A stretch of DNA of 64,000 nt, taken from the NCBI RefSeq assembly GCF_009914755.1, contig NC_060939.1, one strand, 5' to 3'. This DNA is from the human T2T-CHM13v2.0 reference genome, Homo sapiens. The position numbers were made by a program, and so were the translations under genes. Position 1 is the stretch's first letter. Every line of letters begins with the position of its first letter. The notes beneath the pieces were generated by a model. It ran no database searches and was not told where the DNA came from. It worked only from the letters and a program-made list of their open reading frames with translations. Shown in pieces: positions 1 to 16,749 of this stretch.

Positions 1-862
1 ATCCCATTGCAGCCACTGCCAACACCAATGCAGACCACTTGGGAGCCAGAGGATTGTTAAGTGACTGCTACCGCCATTGCCCATGCCACAGCTTCTGCCT
101 AGGGGCCCAAAGGCCAACCTACCTCCTGCCCCATCACTGCCACTGTTGGCACCTGGGAAAGCTATCTGAAGGCCCAAGAATCAGCCCGCCTGGAGCTGCT
201 AACACTAGTGCCCAAGGACAGGACCATTTGGCCCACTGCTGCCACCACTGGGGCCCAAGGACTAGCCCACTTGGCATTCCCATCCCCAGCAAAACCTCAC
301 CACAGTCTCCAATAACTGCACCCTAAGCCAATGAAAAATTCACAGACACCACTGAGGTTGTTTATAGCCAAAAAAAATCACATAATGACTACAATATTGC
401 ATGCACCCAGAATCACAACCAAAGTTCCCTACCAACAACCACTGCAAGTACATCTTCAGGAAAATATCCTCCTCTATGAAAACAAATTTTAAAAAATGTA
501 AGAAGCAACTGTTATACCAGATGTGTAGATATCAATTTAAGGACACGGAAACATAAAAAAGCAAGGAAATCTAATACCTTCAAAAAACACAATAATTCTC
601 CAGCAACAGGTTCCAATAAAAACAAACTTAAGATATCCCTGAAAAAGAACTCAATATAATTATATTAAAGAACCTCAGTGAGATATAAGAGAACACAGAT
701 AAACAATACAAGGAAATCAGAAAAACAATTCATAATGTGAATGAGAGGTTTACCAAAGAGATAGAGATCGTAAAAAAAAGAACCAAACAGAAATTCTGGA
801 AGTAAAGAATTCATTGAATGAAATACAAAATACTTTCAAATGCTTTAAAAATAGACTAGATT

Positions 863-1164
<302 letters not shown>

Positions 1165-2144
1165 CTAGATCAAGCAGAAGAAAGAATTTCAGAACTTGAA
1201 GACAGGTCTTTTGAAAGAACTCCATTAGATAAAAATAAAGAAAAAAATGAAAAAAGAATGAACATAGCCTACAGGACATATGGGACACTGTAAGGGAAAC
1301 AACTTATTGAACTTTTGGTGTTTCAGAGGTGAAAATAAAATAAAAAAGATAGAAACCTATTTAACAAAATAATAGCTGAAGTGTTCCCAAGTTTGCAAGA
1401 GATTTAGACATCCAGATACAAGAAGTTCAGAGATTCACAAATAGACATGATTCTTAAAGGTCTTTACTGCATATTATAGTCAAACTGTTGGAAGTCAAAA
1501 ACAAAGATAGCATTCTAAGAACAGCAACAGAAATGTGTCTAGTCACCTGTAAGGGAACCATCATCGGACTAACAACAGAAACCTTACAGGCCAGGGGAAA
1601 ATGGGATGATATGGCCATAGTCCTGAAAGTGGGGGAGGGGGGGAACCTGTTAGCCAAGAATTCTATACTCAGAAAACTTATCTTTTATAAATGTAGAAGA
1701 AATAAAGTATTTTCCAGATATGCAAAAACTAAGGGAATTCATCACAACTACACTGGCCCTACAAGAAATGCTTCAGGCAGTTCTACATCCAGAAGTGAAA
1801 AAATCATATCTACCAGCATGAAAACAGAAAAGTATAAAACATACTGGTAGAACAAACACATAAATGAAGAAGAGAAAGGACTCAAATGTTACCACTGCAG
1901 AAAACCACCAAACCACAATGATAAACAGTAAGAGAGAAAGAAAGAAACAAAGGATATACAGAACAACTAGAAATTAATTAATAAAATGACAGAAATAACC
2001 CCTCACATATTAATACTAACCTTGAATGTAAACAGATTAAACTTTCCACTTAAAAGATATAGACTAGCTGAATGGATTTAAAAATGACTCACTATATGCT
2101 GCCTACAAGAAGTTTATTTCACCTGTGAAAACACATATAGACTA

Positions 2145-2474
2145 GGCCAGGCATGGTGGCTCATGCCTGTAATCCCAGCACTTTGGGAGGCCAAGGTGGG
2201 AAGATCACAAGGTCAGGAGATTGAGACCATCCGGGCTAACATGGTGAAACCCTGTCTCTACTAAAAATACAAAAACAAAATTAGCTGGGTGTGGTGGTGG
2301 GCACCTGTAGTTCCACCTACTAGGAAGGCTGAGGTGGGAGAATGGCGTGAACCTGGGAGGCGGAGCTTGCAGTGAGCCAAGATCGTGCCTCTGCACTCTA
2401 GCCCGGGTGACAGAGCAAGACTCTGTCTCAAAAAAACAAAAAACAAAACAAACAAAAAACCAAAACAAAACAAA
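2145..2474 (+). mobile_element. Alu (AluY-like) within L1
   Basis: aatggcgtgaacc..gcggagcttgcagtg; (AAAAC)n tail; TSD acatatagacta. Confidence 0.95.
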
Positions 2475-4831
2475 ACATATAGACTAAAAGTAAAGGAATG
2501 TAAAAAGGTAATCCTGCAAATGGAAACCAAAAGCAAGCAGAAACACCTATACTTATATCAGATACAGATAAAACAGACTTTAATTCAAAAAACAGTAAAA
2601 ATAGACAAAAAAGACCATTATATAATGATAAAGAGATCAACTCAGCAAGAAATACAATTCTAAATATATGTGTAGCCAACAATAGAGCACTCAGATATAT
2701 AAAGCAAATATTACTAAAGAGAGAGATGAAGTCCAATACAATAATAGTTGGAGACTTCAACACCCTCCTATCACCATTAGATGGATCATCTGGACGGAAT
2801 ATTTATAAAGAAACATTGGATTTAAACTGCACTTTATGCCAAATGGACCTAACAGACTTTTACAGAACATTTCATCCAATGGCTATAGAATACACATTCT
2901 TCTCATCAGCACATGGGACATTCTCCAGGATAGACCATATGTTAGGACATAAAACATGTCTCAACAAATTTAAAAAAACTGAAATTATATGTAGTATCTT
3001 TTTAGACCACAATGGATTAGAACTATAAATCAATAATAAGAGAAACTTTGAAAACTGTATGAATACATGGAAATTAAACTTTGAAAACTGTATGAATACA
3101 TGGAAAAAAACATGCTCCAAAATGACCACTAGGTCAAGAAAGAAATTAAGAGGGAAATCAAAACATTTCTTGAAACAAGTGAAAATCAAAACACAACATA
3201 TCAAAACCTATGAGATACAACAAAAGCAGTGCTAAGAGGGAAGTTTATAGCAATAAACTTCTACATCAAAAAAGTAGAAAGATGTCATATAAAAAATCTA
3301 GTGATGCACTTCAATGAACTAGGAAAGCAAGAATAAACCAAATGCAAAATTAATAGATGGAAAGAAATAACAAAGATCAGAGCAAATCTAAATGAAAGAG
3401 ACTGAAAATAATTACAAAGAATCAACAAAATTAGAAGTTAGTTTTTGAAAAGATAGACAAAATAGATTGCTAGCTAGACTGACCAAGAAAAAAGGAGAAA
3501 AGACCAAAATAAAGAAAATCAGAAACAAAAAAGACACATTACAATTGATACCACAGAAATATAAAGATTATCAGAAACTATAGTGAATAACTATACACTA
3601 ACAAACTGGAAAACCTAGAGGCAATGGTTAAATTCATAAACACATACAATGTCCCAAGGCTGATTGAGGAAGAAACAGAAAACCTGAACAGACCAATAAA
3701 AAGTAAAGAGATTGGATCAGTAATAAAAAGTCTTTCAACAAAGAAAAGTCCAGGTCCAGATAGCTGTATTGCTAAATTCCACCAAATTTACAAAGAAGAA
3801 TTTACAGCAATTCTCCTTAAACTATTCAAAAAAAAAAAATTAAGTGGAGGGAATTCTCCCTAACTCATTCTACAAGGCCAGCGTTACCTTGATATCAAAA
3901 CCAGACAAGGACCCAACAACAAAAAAATACTACAGGTCAATATCCCTGATTAACATAGATACAAAAATTCTCAACAAAATGCTAGCAAGCCAAATCCAAC
4001 ATTACATCAAAAAGATAACATACCATGGCCAAGTGGGATTCAACCCAGGGATGCAAGGTTGGTTCAATATAAACAAATAAAAAAATGTGATACATTACAT
4101 CGACAGAATGTAGAATAAAATCTATACGATCATCTCAATAGACGCAGAAAAAGCATTTAATAAAATTCAGCATCCTTTTATGATAAAAACTCTCAACAAA
4201 CTAGTCATAGAGGGAACATAACTGAACATAATGAAGGGCATATATGACAGATTCATAGCTAACATCATACTAAATGGTGAAAGGCTGAAAGCCTTTCCTT
4301 TAAAAACTAGAACAAGACAAAGATGCTGACTTTACTACTCCTGTTTGACGTAGTACTGGACATTAAAGTCAGAGCAATCAGGCAAGAGACAAATAAAAGG
4401 CATCCAAATTAGAAAAGAGGATGTCAAATTGTCCCTCTTTGCAGATGGCACGATCTTATACCCAGAAAAACCTAAAGACTTCACCAAAAAAAGCCTTAGA
4501 TCTGATAAATAAATTCAGTAAAGTTACAGGATACAAATTCAACATAAAAAATAGTGTCTATATATGAACGACACACTAGCTGAAAAAGAACTCAATAAGG
4601 GAATCCCATTTACAATAACTACAAAAATACCTAGGAATAAATTTAACCAAGGAGGTAAAAGACCTCTACAAGGAAAACTACAAAACACTGATTTTTAAAA
4701 ATTGAAGAGGACATAAACAAATGGAAAGACAGCCCATGCTCATGGATTAGAAAAGTTAATATCATTAAAATGACCAGACTGCTCAAAGCTATCTACAGAT
4801 TCAATTCAATCTCTACCAAGATAGCAATGTT

Positions 4832-5127
<296 letters not shown>

Positions 5128-6570
5128 GATACCAATGCCATTTTTCACAGAAATAAAAAAATACATACATTGGGGGAAAGGACATCCTCTTCAATAAATG
5201 GTGTGGGGAAAATTGGATATCCACATGCAGAAGATTGAAACTAGATCTCTGTCTCTCATCATATACAAAAATCAACTCAACACAGATTATAGACTTAAAT
5301 ATAAGATCCCAAAATATAAAACTACTTGAAGAATACATAAGGGAAGTACTTCAGGGAAATACTTCAGGACATTGGTCTAGGCAAAGATTCAATGGCTAAG
5401 ACCTCAAAAGCCAGGCAACAAAAACCAAAATAGACACATGGGACTATATTAAACTAAGAAGCTTCTGTGCAGCAAAGGAAACAATCAACATAGTGAAGAG
5501 ACAACCTGTTGAATGGGAGAAATATTTGCAAATCCTTCATCTGATAATGGACTAATATCCAGAATATACAGGGAACTCAAACAGCTCAACAGTAAAACAA
5601 CAACAACAAATAATAATAATGATAATTCCATTAAAAAGGGGCAAAGGACATGAATAAATATTTCTGAAGAAAAAACATACAGTGGCCAACAGACATGTGA
5701 AAAAATGCTCAACATCACTAATCATCAGGGAAATGTGCAAGTGAAAACTACAATGAGATATCATCTCACCCCAGTTAAAACTGTTATTATTAAAAAGGCA
5801 AAAAGTGATTGAAAGACACTGGTGAGAATGTAAAGAAGAGGGAACTCTTATACACTGTTTGTGGGAATGTAAATTAGTACAATCTCTATGGAAAACGGAA
5901 TGCAGATTTCTCAAAAACTAAATGTAGAACTACCATATGACCCAGCAATCTCACTACTGCATATTTATCCCAAGGAAAAAAAAAAACAATATACCAAAGA
6001 GTAGAATGATAGACACCAGATTGGGAAGGGTGTGTTGGTGGGGTTGGGAGAAGATGAAGAAAGGCTGCATAATAGGTAAAAACTTACAGTTAGATAAAAG
6101 GAATAAATTCCAATGTTCAGTAGCAGGTGACTGTAGTTAACAACAATACACTGTATATTTCAAAATAGCTGGAAGAGAGGACTTGAAATGTTCCCAACAC
6201 TTAGAGATGATAAATACTCAAGATGATGGATACCCCAAATGTCCTGAATACATATTCTATGCACGTACAAAATATCACATAAATATGCACAAATATTACA
6301 TATCAATAAGCAAAAGTTTAAAAATTTTCTTCAAGCATAAAAACAAGCAGCAATTTTTATAATTTTTGAAGTTTTGACATTTTAAAAATGTCAAAAATAA
6401 CATATCTTCTAATAAAAGCAATTTCTTAAAAGCACCTTAAAGGCCTACTTATGAAAAATCTAGCTCTATTTTTCCAAAATTTTAATCAAAAATAATAAAA
6501 TCAAGAAAAAAGAATTCTGGTTAAAACTATGAATTAACTTGAACATTCAACAGTCTGGGCCTCACCATTA

Positions 6571-6924
<354 letters not shown>

Positions 6925-7377
6925 TTAAATATCATTACTGGCAAGCAACAAAAAAAGTACAATCTGTCTTCCTGAAGAAAAGTTAAAGAAACAGCATTTT
7001 TATTACCCAGTGTTTAAACTGGAATGTTTCTGTACCTTGGTTTCCTTTTTTCAAACAAAAGCATACACTAACCATTTTTACCTTCTGGTGATGGGGCTAG
7101 AGGATTTTGAAGAACAAATAAGATAATGCATGTTTACATGAGGTTATTATTGCCTTAAAACACAATCTCATTTATTTGGCATCAAAGGTGAATAGAGAAT
7201 TCTACAAAAGTACATTTTCCAAATAAAAGAAGCTTTAACAAAGCAAAAATTCCATGAGTACTTAACACTTCTGCTTCCTAAAGTAAATTGTATGCTTTAT
7301 TAGTTTCATAAACAGGCTCCTGGACACAATTTGAACTGCTCCTGATGACCTAAGATGCACAGTGTCTTCAGATATTA

Positions 7378-7737
<360 letters not shown>

Positions 7738-7899
7738 CTATGAATTTAGAGTCTTTCAATAGGTTTGTTTGTAAGTATATTAGTTATAGAAATAATTTTT
7801 TTCATGTAACATTGGGGAAACAAGAAAATTGTCCATAACACCATCACCTTAAACAAACAATATTGTAATTTTCATGCATTCTCTTCCAGTATTTTCCTA

Positions 7900-8560
7900 T
7901 ACAATTTTTTAATTTTTTTATTAACATGCAGTAAAATTTACTGTTTTTTGGTATATTGTTCAATGAATTTAATATGTCTATAGGTTTATTTAAACACCAC
8001 TACAATTAGGATACAGAACAGCCTATCTTGCCAAAAAAATTCTGTGATGCTATCCCTTTATTGCCACACCCTCCTCCACACATAAACTTGGCAAACACTT
8101 TGCTCTGTATCCTTTGGTCTGTCTTCCAAGGACATAAATGGAATCATACGTTGTGTGAGCTTTTAAGGCCACCTTCTTTCACACAGCATAATGCTTTTAA
8201 GATTCATTCAGTTGTCATGGTTATCAATAGCATGCTCCTTCTTATTACTGAGTGGCACTCCCCTTTATGGCTGCATCACTGTTTTTTTACCTACTGAGGA
8301 GCATTTGGGTTGTTTCCAGCTTTTGACATTTATGAATAGAACTGCTATAAATATTCATGCAGATATTTATATGTGAACAGAAGTTTTGATTTTTCAAGGG
8401 TAAGTATATAGGGGTAGAATTGTGTGCCATCTGGTAAATATATGCTTAACTTTATAATAAACTGAAAAACTATTTTCCAGAGTGGTAGCTTTACATTCCC
8501 ACCAGCAAAGCATGAGAATGTCAGTTGTTCTATACCTTTGTTGGTACTTCATATTGTTCT
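7900..8560 (-). mobile_element. Old L1 3'-end fragment (L1MC/ME-like)
   Basis: Antisense L1 3' motifs (aaatggaatcatac, catttgggttgtttccag, tttacattcccaccagca). Confidence 0.7.
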
Positions 8561-9021
8561 ATATTTTTGCCACTGCAGTAAACATAACATTTGTGAGATT
8601 TTATGTTCAATTACATTTAGCTTTAAATCAAAGACATTTTATGCTATTTAGACAACTTGATGTATATAGTCTTTCATAAACTGAAATTATTTCTATGAAA
8701 CTATATATTTCTAAACGTGAGATTACTGTTTTAAGGTGTAAAGATATTAAAATTCAAGATTGTATATTAAAAGGTACTAAAATGTTGCCAAATTATTTTC
8801 CTAAATTGTAACTATTTATAAGGCCACCAGCAATTTATGAAAGAAGAGTTTCACTGAACTCAGAACCAGTATGAAATAGTTTCAAAATTTGTTAATTTAA
8901 AAGATAAAATACTTTCAGTTTACATTATTTGCAAGGCCTTAACATTTCCCCTATGTCTGCTTAGTAGCTCTATTTCTTCTTTTGTAAGTTATCAGTTCAA
9001 GTTCTTTGTTTGAAAAACAGG

Positions 9022-9339
<318 letters not shown>

Positions 9340-9619
9340 TTAAAAATTTAGGAATTACAGAAAAATATATAGAGGTTAAGGAATGAAAAATCACCTGAAG
9401 TCTCACAACTTACAGGTAACCCAGAATATTTTGTTAAACGATTTAGGATATCTCTCTCAAAACTATATTCTTTAAAGTGCTTCTATTTTGCCCCTCCTAT
9501 CACCACATGCTTTTATGTAACGAGGTGATCACTACCTATGTGTGATTTTTGTACCCTACTTTTTTCATGCAATAACATGTTACAGAGAGCTTTCCACAAC
9601 AATAAACAAAGCTACATAT

Positions 9620-9873
9620 CAAGAGTTAGCAAACTTGTTTGTAAAGGAAAAGATAATAAATATTTCAGGCCTCTGGACCATTTGGTCTCTGTTGCAACTA
9701 CTCAATTCAGCCATTACAGTACAAAAGCAGCCATGACAGCTAACATTACATAAACTAATTCATGTATAGAAAGTACATACATTAGTGTGTGTGTCTGTGT
9801 TCCAATAGAACTTTATCAACAAAACCAGGCAATAGGCTGAATTTGGCCTTTGAGCCATAGCCTGCCAACCCCT
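9620..9873. mobile_element. MER58A-like hAT-Charlie DNA transposon
   Basis: Ends resemble MER58 TIRs; internal ggtctctgttgcaactactcaa and tgtgttccaata..acttta. Confidence 0.75.
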
Positions 9874-10021
9874 ACTACGTATCACCATATATAATGGCTT
9901 CACAGAAATCCATTTTATAGATATATCATAATTTAACTAATCCCTTATTAATAGACATTTAAATTCTTCCCAAATGTTCATTATATTAGAAAGAATACTG
10001 TGAGAATTACTTGTAAATACA

Positions 10022-10310
10022 TTTTTTTTTTGAGACATGGTCTCGCTCTGTCTCCCAGGCAGGAGTGCAGAGGCATGATCACAGCTTACTATAGCCTCTA
10101 CCTCCCAGGCTCAAGCAATCCTCCAACCTCAGCCACCTGAGTAGCTGGGACTCCTGGTATACAGCACAATACCTGGCCAATTTTTGTATTTTGTTTTTTG
10201 TAGAGACAGGGTTTTGCCTTGTTGCACAGGCTGATCTCGAACTTCTAGGCTTAAGGGAGTTAAGCCTTCCAAAGTTCTAGGATTATAGGCATGAACCACC
10301 ACGTGTGGTT
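10022..10310 (-). mobile_element. Alu (AluJ-like, diverged)
   Basis: Poly-T then tgagacatggtctcgctc...caggctcaagcaatcctcc. Confidence 0.9.
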
Positions 10311-10969
10311 CTATAAAAACATTTTGATGTAATTGTTTGATTATCCACTTAGAATAGCTAAAATCCTGAATCAAAGAGTAGACTCATTTTACAATTTGGA
10401 ATATAATGTTACACTGCTTTCCAGAAAGACTATACCAATTTATATTCTTGCACCCAATATATAAGAGTATCTGCTTCCTCAGATATTGACCAATATTGTA
10501 TTTTATCAGTCTCCACCTAAAATAACAGAGTACTGTTTATATTCATATTTTTATTTAATGTATAGTGACTATATATATTTATACATCTATTTATATCTCT
10601 TATTGGTTATTTTACTCGGCTACTTTTATTTATTCTTTATGAACTGCTTTTGTGGCATCTGTCCATTTTTCTATTGGAGCATTTATTTTTCCTGTTGATT
10701 CTTAAATGCTCTTTATATACTAAAGTTATCAACACTATTTTTAAATTATGTTAATTAGCTTTATACAGTCCAGTATTTTCTTTCAATACTGATTTTTTTG
10801 GCAAAGTAATTAAAAAAATTTTTAAATCAAATCTGTCAATTGCTTATTTTATACTTTGCATACATGTTATGCTTTAAAGGTCCTTTTTCAGCCCCATCAA
10901 TATAAAACATATTTTCCCATATTTTCTTAAAGTTCTGGCTTTACTACTTAGATACCATGTCACTTATTT

Positions 10970-11870
10970 GTGCATTTCCTCATCTGTAAAATGCGAGCAG
11001 AGAGTACCTACCTTATTTATTCAATAAACCATTACTGAGCACCTACTAAAGTGCTACCTGACACTTGGTAGTAGCCAGGAATATAGCAATGAATGAGAGG
11101 GACCAAAACCCCTAAACTAGTAGGGTTTACCTTCTGGTACCCACGTTTATTTATAGGCTTATTAGAGGAAATGATACATGTAAAAACCTACTTGCCATTC
11201 TGGTTTGCTGGATCCTTGGGCCTTATTCTGTACTCTTTCTGCCTAGAATGTACTTTCTCTTTTCAACTGAACCCCTTTCCATCCATTAAAGCATGGGTCT
11301 CTCCACAACAAAAGTTTCCATGTAATTCTGGTCACCCCTGAATTTATTCCCTTCCTCCTGGCTCTCCCCTCCTCACTAGCAGGCAAGCTTTCCAAAGGCC
11401 GTGGCTAGGACACCTTCACCTCTGGGTCCTTCCCTTGTCTGGCTCAGGGCCTTGCTCCTTACTAGGTCCCCTATTGGGAATTTGTCAGTGTTATTATTGA
11501 CAAAAGGACCTACTCAAAAATACCTTCTTTACACAGTCTACCGGAGAATGTGAATAATTAACTAAACATAAAATTGCCCATTGTGATCCATGTAAAGAAA
11601 GAAAGAAAATGACAGGGCATATGGCAGGGTTCTACATGTACAAAGGCTGTCAAGTGGGAAGCATCATGGAAAATTCGAGGAGCTAAAAGAAGACCAGTGT
11701 GGCTTAAAGGAGAGGAGTGGCAGTGAAGGGTGGTGTAAGATGAGGTGGGAGAGGTGAAGAAGCCATCTCAGGTAGGCCTTGCAAGTCAGGGTGGAGGTGT
11801 GGCCTTCATTGTGAGAGCAACAGGAAGCTTGGCTGGTTTTAGAAAGAGGAGTGACACATGTGGAACAGAA
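10970..11870 (+). mobile_element. Cluster of MIR and L2 remnants
   Basis: MIR core tttcctcatctgtaaaatg; L2-type ttcaataaaccattactgagcacctacta and aagaagaccagtgtggct; mixed orientation possible. Confidence 0.55.
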
Positions 11871-13910
11871 TATCAGAGCTGGGTTCAAGGCTCAACACCA
11901 CTAATTTCTTGGCTCGAAACCTGCATAAGTCACTGAGCCTTAGTTCCTTAGTCACTGGGTAAAACTAGCTGCCCCTCCACCACCTCCTTTGACTAGAGGC
12001 TCCCAGGAGACACACAGCCAGCTTTACAAACTGTATAGCCCTCAGAATGAAAGAAGCTGCCATTAAGATGCAAATGTCTTCTAAGAGAGCTGAGCCTCTG
12101 GGCAGAGAGGAGAGGCCAGTGGAATTGGTGCTGGAGTCTTCAAGATTTCAATCAGGGCTCCCAGGATCTTAGCAAGTTCCATAATCTCTCTGGGCTTCAG
12201 TTTCTTTTGTAAAATGAGAACACCACCCAGGTGGTTATGAGGATTCAATGAGTTGACAAATGGAAAGTGCCTATTACATAGTAAGTATTCAAAAATGATA
12301 GTTACAACTATTACTCTTACTACCACTATGGCCACTACTACTTTCCCACAACTAGCCCTCTCCTACTGCAGAGAACTTACACCAGTAACACAGTTAGAGC
12401 AACACCCCCCAAGAGGGTGCTCCTGAAATGGCTGGATTTCCTGCCAAGGGGAAGAGGAGGAGTCCACTTTGGAGAGGGTAAGCAGGATCCGAGGAATGGG
12501 GACTCTGCTGCCTGAACATTCTCTGCAAGAGGACAGAGGGGACTGGAGGCCAAAGAAGTGGAACAGGAGTCAGAGGGGAGTAGCCATTGTGGCACGGGTA
12601 ACAACCAGCTATGATGCCACAGTTAAAATTTCAAGACTTCAATAAAGGATGGTCTAGTCTCTCAAGTTTCCTCTCCTTCTACGCTAAAAGAAGACTGGGA
12701 AAAAGAAAAAAAATTCCATCTGCCCTTCCCAGCTCTCTTCCTAACACACGTGCATACATGTGTGCAGGCACATGCATAGAACACACAACACTTGCACATT
12801 ATCGCTAGTCACCACCTTACAGCAACTGAATGGAATTTTCCTTTTCATAAAGAATGCCAAAAGACTGCTATATTCCTAAATTCTTAGAACCACTTTGTCC
12901 CTGTCCACTGGATTTAACCTTTCCAAATGGATAAGCTACTACCATGCCCTTGGATTGCAAAGCTCAGCTTTTTCTGTTTTCAGTTTTGTTTCCAATTTTA
13001 GCTCTTCCAATCACTGGAGTTGGCATGGTTTGAATAAATTGCAGTGTTGGTATAAATATTAGCTGGTTTTGCTGGACTAGCTAAGGCAACCACCAAAAAG
13101 TTGTATTTGTCTAATGAAAATTGCAAGGTAAGGGTCTTATTTTCTTGCTAATTGTGGGTATGAGCATTAAGCCCTTTTAGGATAGCAAATACTTGTTCTA
13201 CAGGTGAACAATTATCTACCTCAGTGATCTCTTAAGTTTCTAAATGACTGGGTAGTTGAAGAAAACTTAATAAATATTTAGTGAAGGCAAATGATACACT
13301 CTTAACCCTAGTTTCAAATTTAATTTGAAGCCTATCTGTTCTGTGTTTCAAATATCCTGTTTCTAGTCTTGATTCTTCCATAACCAGCTATGTGATCCTG
13401 GAAGTACCTTAACTCTTCATCTGAGAAATAAATGTGGTGTCTAAATGTTTCAACAATGTCAGCGACATGAAAGACAAAGAAGAGGTAAGCAACTGTTCCA
13501 GATGAATGACAGCTAAATGCAATACGTGATCTGGAGCTGGATCCCCACACAGTCAGGGGGAAAAGCAATAAAAGACATCATTGGATTGATTGACCAAATT
13601 GGAACATGGAAGGTAGATTGCTACATTTCCTGCAATTGATAACTGTATTGTGATTATGTAAGAAAATGTCCTTCTTCTTAGGCAATACACACTGAATTAC
13701 TTAGGGCACAAGGAATTATTTAGTTGATGTTTACAACTTGCAAATGATTCAGAAACAAATATGTATATTCATACATGTGTGTGGTGGGGAAGTAGAGAGA
13801 GAAGGAATGACAAAGTAAATGGGGCAAAATGCTAACTGGTAAACAGTATATCTAGGGGTTCTCTGTAGTATACTAGAAATTTCTTTGTAAGCTTAAAATT
13901 ATTTCTAAAA

Positions 13911-14178
<268 letters not shown>

Positions 14179-16377
14179 CTAAATAAATGAATACATGAAT
14201 AAAAGGATTGGACTACATTATAAATAAAGTTCCTTATTCTAGGATTCTATGGTTTGAAGAGGGGTGATTGTTGTAGCTGTTCTTCGTGAACTCAAAAATA
14301 GCATAAAGAAGGTACCAAGCACATGGGCAAGATAGGAGAGCTCTTCTAAGGGCCCCTGTGGAGTGAGACAGTGAACACATGTGGTAGAACAGGTAGTCTC
14401 CTTCATCAGGTGTGGAACTGGAAAGTCTAGTTCTGAGATACATATCTGCAGTGGTGGCTCAAGGGAGTGGCCCAGCTTCAACAGAGTCTTTCTTGCCTTG
14501 TACCTTCCTTTTCTTTGCTGGTTGCGCAAACGGCACTAAGCTGACCATGGTGCCATCAGAACCGATGCTCTGCCCTCTGCTTCTCATTTAGGACCAAGGC
14601 TTCAGGCCTTCAGAGGAAAAGAAGGGTCCATCATTCCCTCATCCCGGGTCCCCACTGATGAACATCAGCTAAGAGCACTGTTGGGTGCTTTCAGCTTTAT
14701 CTTTCTCTGTTTTTTAAAACTCTCCTTTCTCTATTAGCCATTCCAAGTATTTACATGGTCTCATTGTCGATAATATTCCCTTTCACATGTGGACTTCCCA
14801 GGGTACCATTTTTCTACACTTGTAATAGCTGGATCATCAAACGCTGAAATCTGAAGTCCAGTGAACCAGTGGTGAGGGAGAAACCTTACAAGCATATGTA
14901 TCCTTGGAAGTAAGGGAGCTAGGTATTTCAGTATTATTTGCAGTTGAAAATGTTTTGTATTTTTCTTTTTGAGACATCTGAGAAACACAGGTCAATGTGA
15001 ATAGTCTTCAACCACATGAAACAGGGTTAGACACAAAGATCTCTCTACTGCCTTATATAATGCACTCCTGAAAGGCATAAGCTGGGTCTCACTCCCCTTG
15101 TACTGTTCGTAACACCCAGCTGTGATGAATTCAAGAAATGAAGCAACAAGCCCCCCTGCCCCCTGCACACTCAGCTGTGACAGACACTGAACTCACAGGT
15201 TGCAAAACCAGCAAAACAGGGCACACACGCCTTCCCTTCAGGTGGACCTACCTGCGTGGAACCACGATCTGCTCTTGTTATTTGTGGAGGAAAACTGTTA
15301 GTAGTCAGAGGAAGTGGTTTGCCTGGCCTTAGAAAGGTCTTTCTAGCCTAATAACTCTCTGTGAGTATTTGGATAATGCTCAAGAAGATAGATACATCCA
15401 ATAATTCCAAACTAGAGAAATCATTTTTAAGAACAATAGTTGGGAATACAGTGTGAAAAACATCCACCTGCGATTTAAATGGTTTTGAACAGGAATGCAA
15501 ACAGATGGAGTTACCAGGCAATTAAATTAAAACAATTTGACCAGTGTGCTTTTGAATTTCTGCCTAATGTTAATGAAACAATGCTTAGAAAACCAACGTA
15601 ACTAACTCTTGCAGATGCTGACTGAGAATGGGATAAGATCCTCAGAAATAAAAGAGTGCAGTGGCTGGACATGAAAGGGAGACTCGCCAGGAGAGTATGC
15701 AAATGTGCTTGAGGCTGGGGAAAATCAGAGAAAGGTCAAAGAAAGGGCAAGGGAAATGCACACACTCCAGCTCTCCTTCTCAAGGCTTCCAGACAAATCT
15801 CAGATGGGCACAACCCCAGTTAGCTTTTGCCCCGCCCTACCGTGTATATCACCACAGGATGTGCAACAAAAGCAGCTGGAAAGAAGAACAGAGCAACTAG
15901 ATTGCAAACTGCCGCCCACAGTGCCTCTAAAATGTCTGAATGGTGAAATAGGTTAGTTAAGCCACCCTCCAATGATACCTATGATCTGCACATTGCTTGC
16001 TCCATAGTAAAATCCCAGTACATTTGGATAGAATAAAGCATCCTCGAAAAATGAATCTACAGAGTTATAAGTTTTAGACAGAGGGTTGGGGCCAAGCTAA
16101 CAACAAGGAACTAAATCTTCCCCTTTGACTCCATGAAGATGATTGTGCTGGTGGCAAGTTCATGCTGGTGGGAAGACCATTTAAACTAGAGCAGTACACT
16201 GACCTGAAAGAAGCTCCCTCTCTGATTGACATACTTCCTTCAGAGACCATTGAAAATTGATCTGCCAAACTTCCAATGGCTTGGTGAGGTTTTTCTCAAC
16301 TTTCCAAACAATGAGAATCAGTCAACATCAGTACAGAAATATTTTTACCAGGAAAAGTTTTTGCTGTTGTTTTGAAC

Positions 16378-16749
<372 letters not shown>

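Noticed and set aside
1488-4080. L1 ORF1/ORF2 fragments as functional endonuclease/RT
   Set aside because: Broken by stops, frameshifts, Alu insertions and deletions; dead element.
14890-14977. Possible 88-nt cryptic exon on the minus strand (ttctcag|...CTT|gtaagg)
   Set aside because: Weak exonic donor context, no CerS homology; such site pairs are expected by chance in 64 kb.
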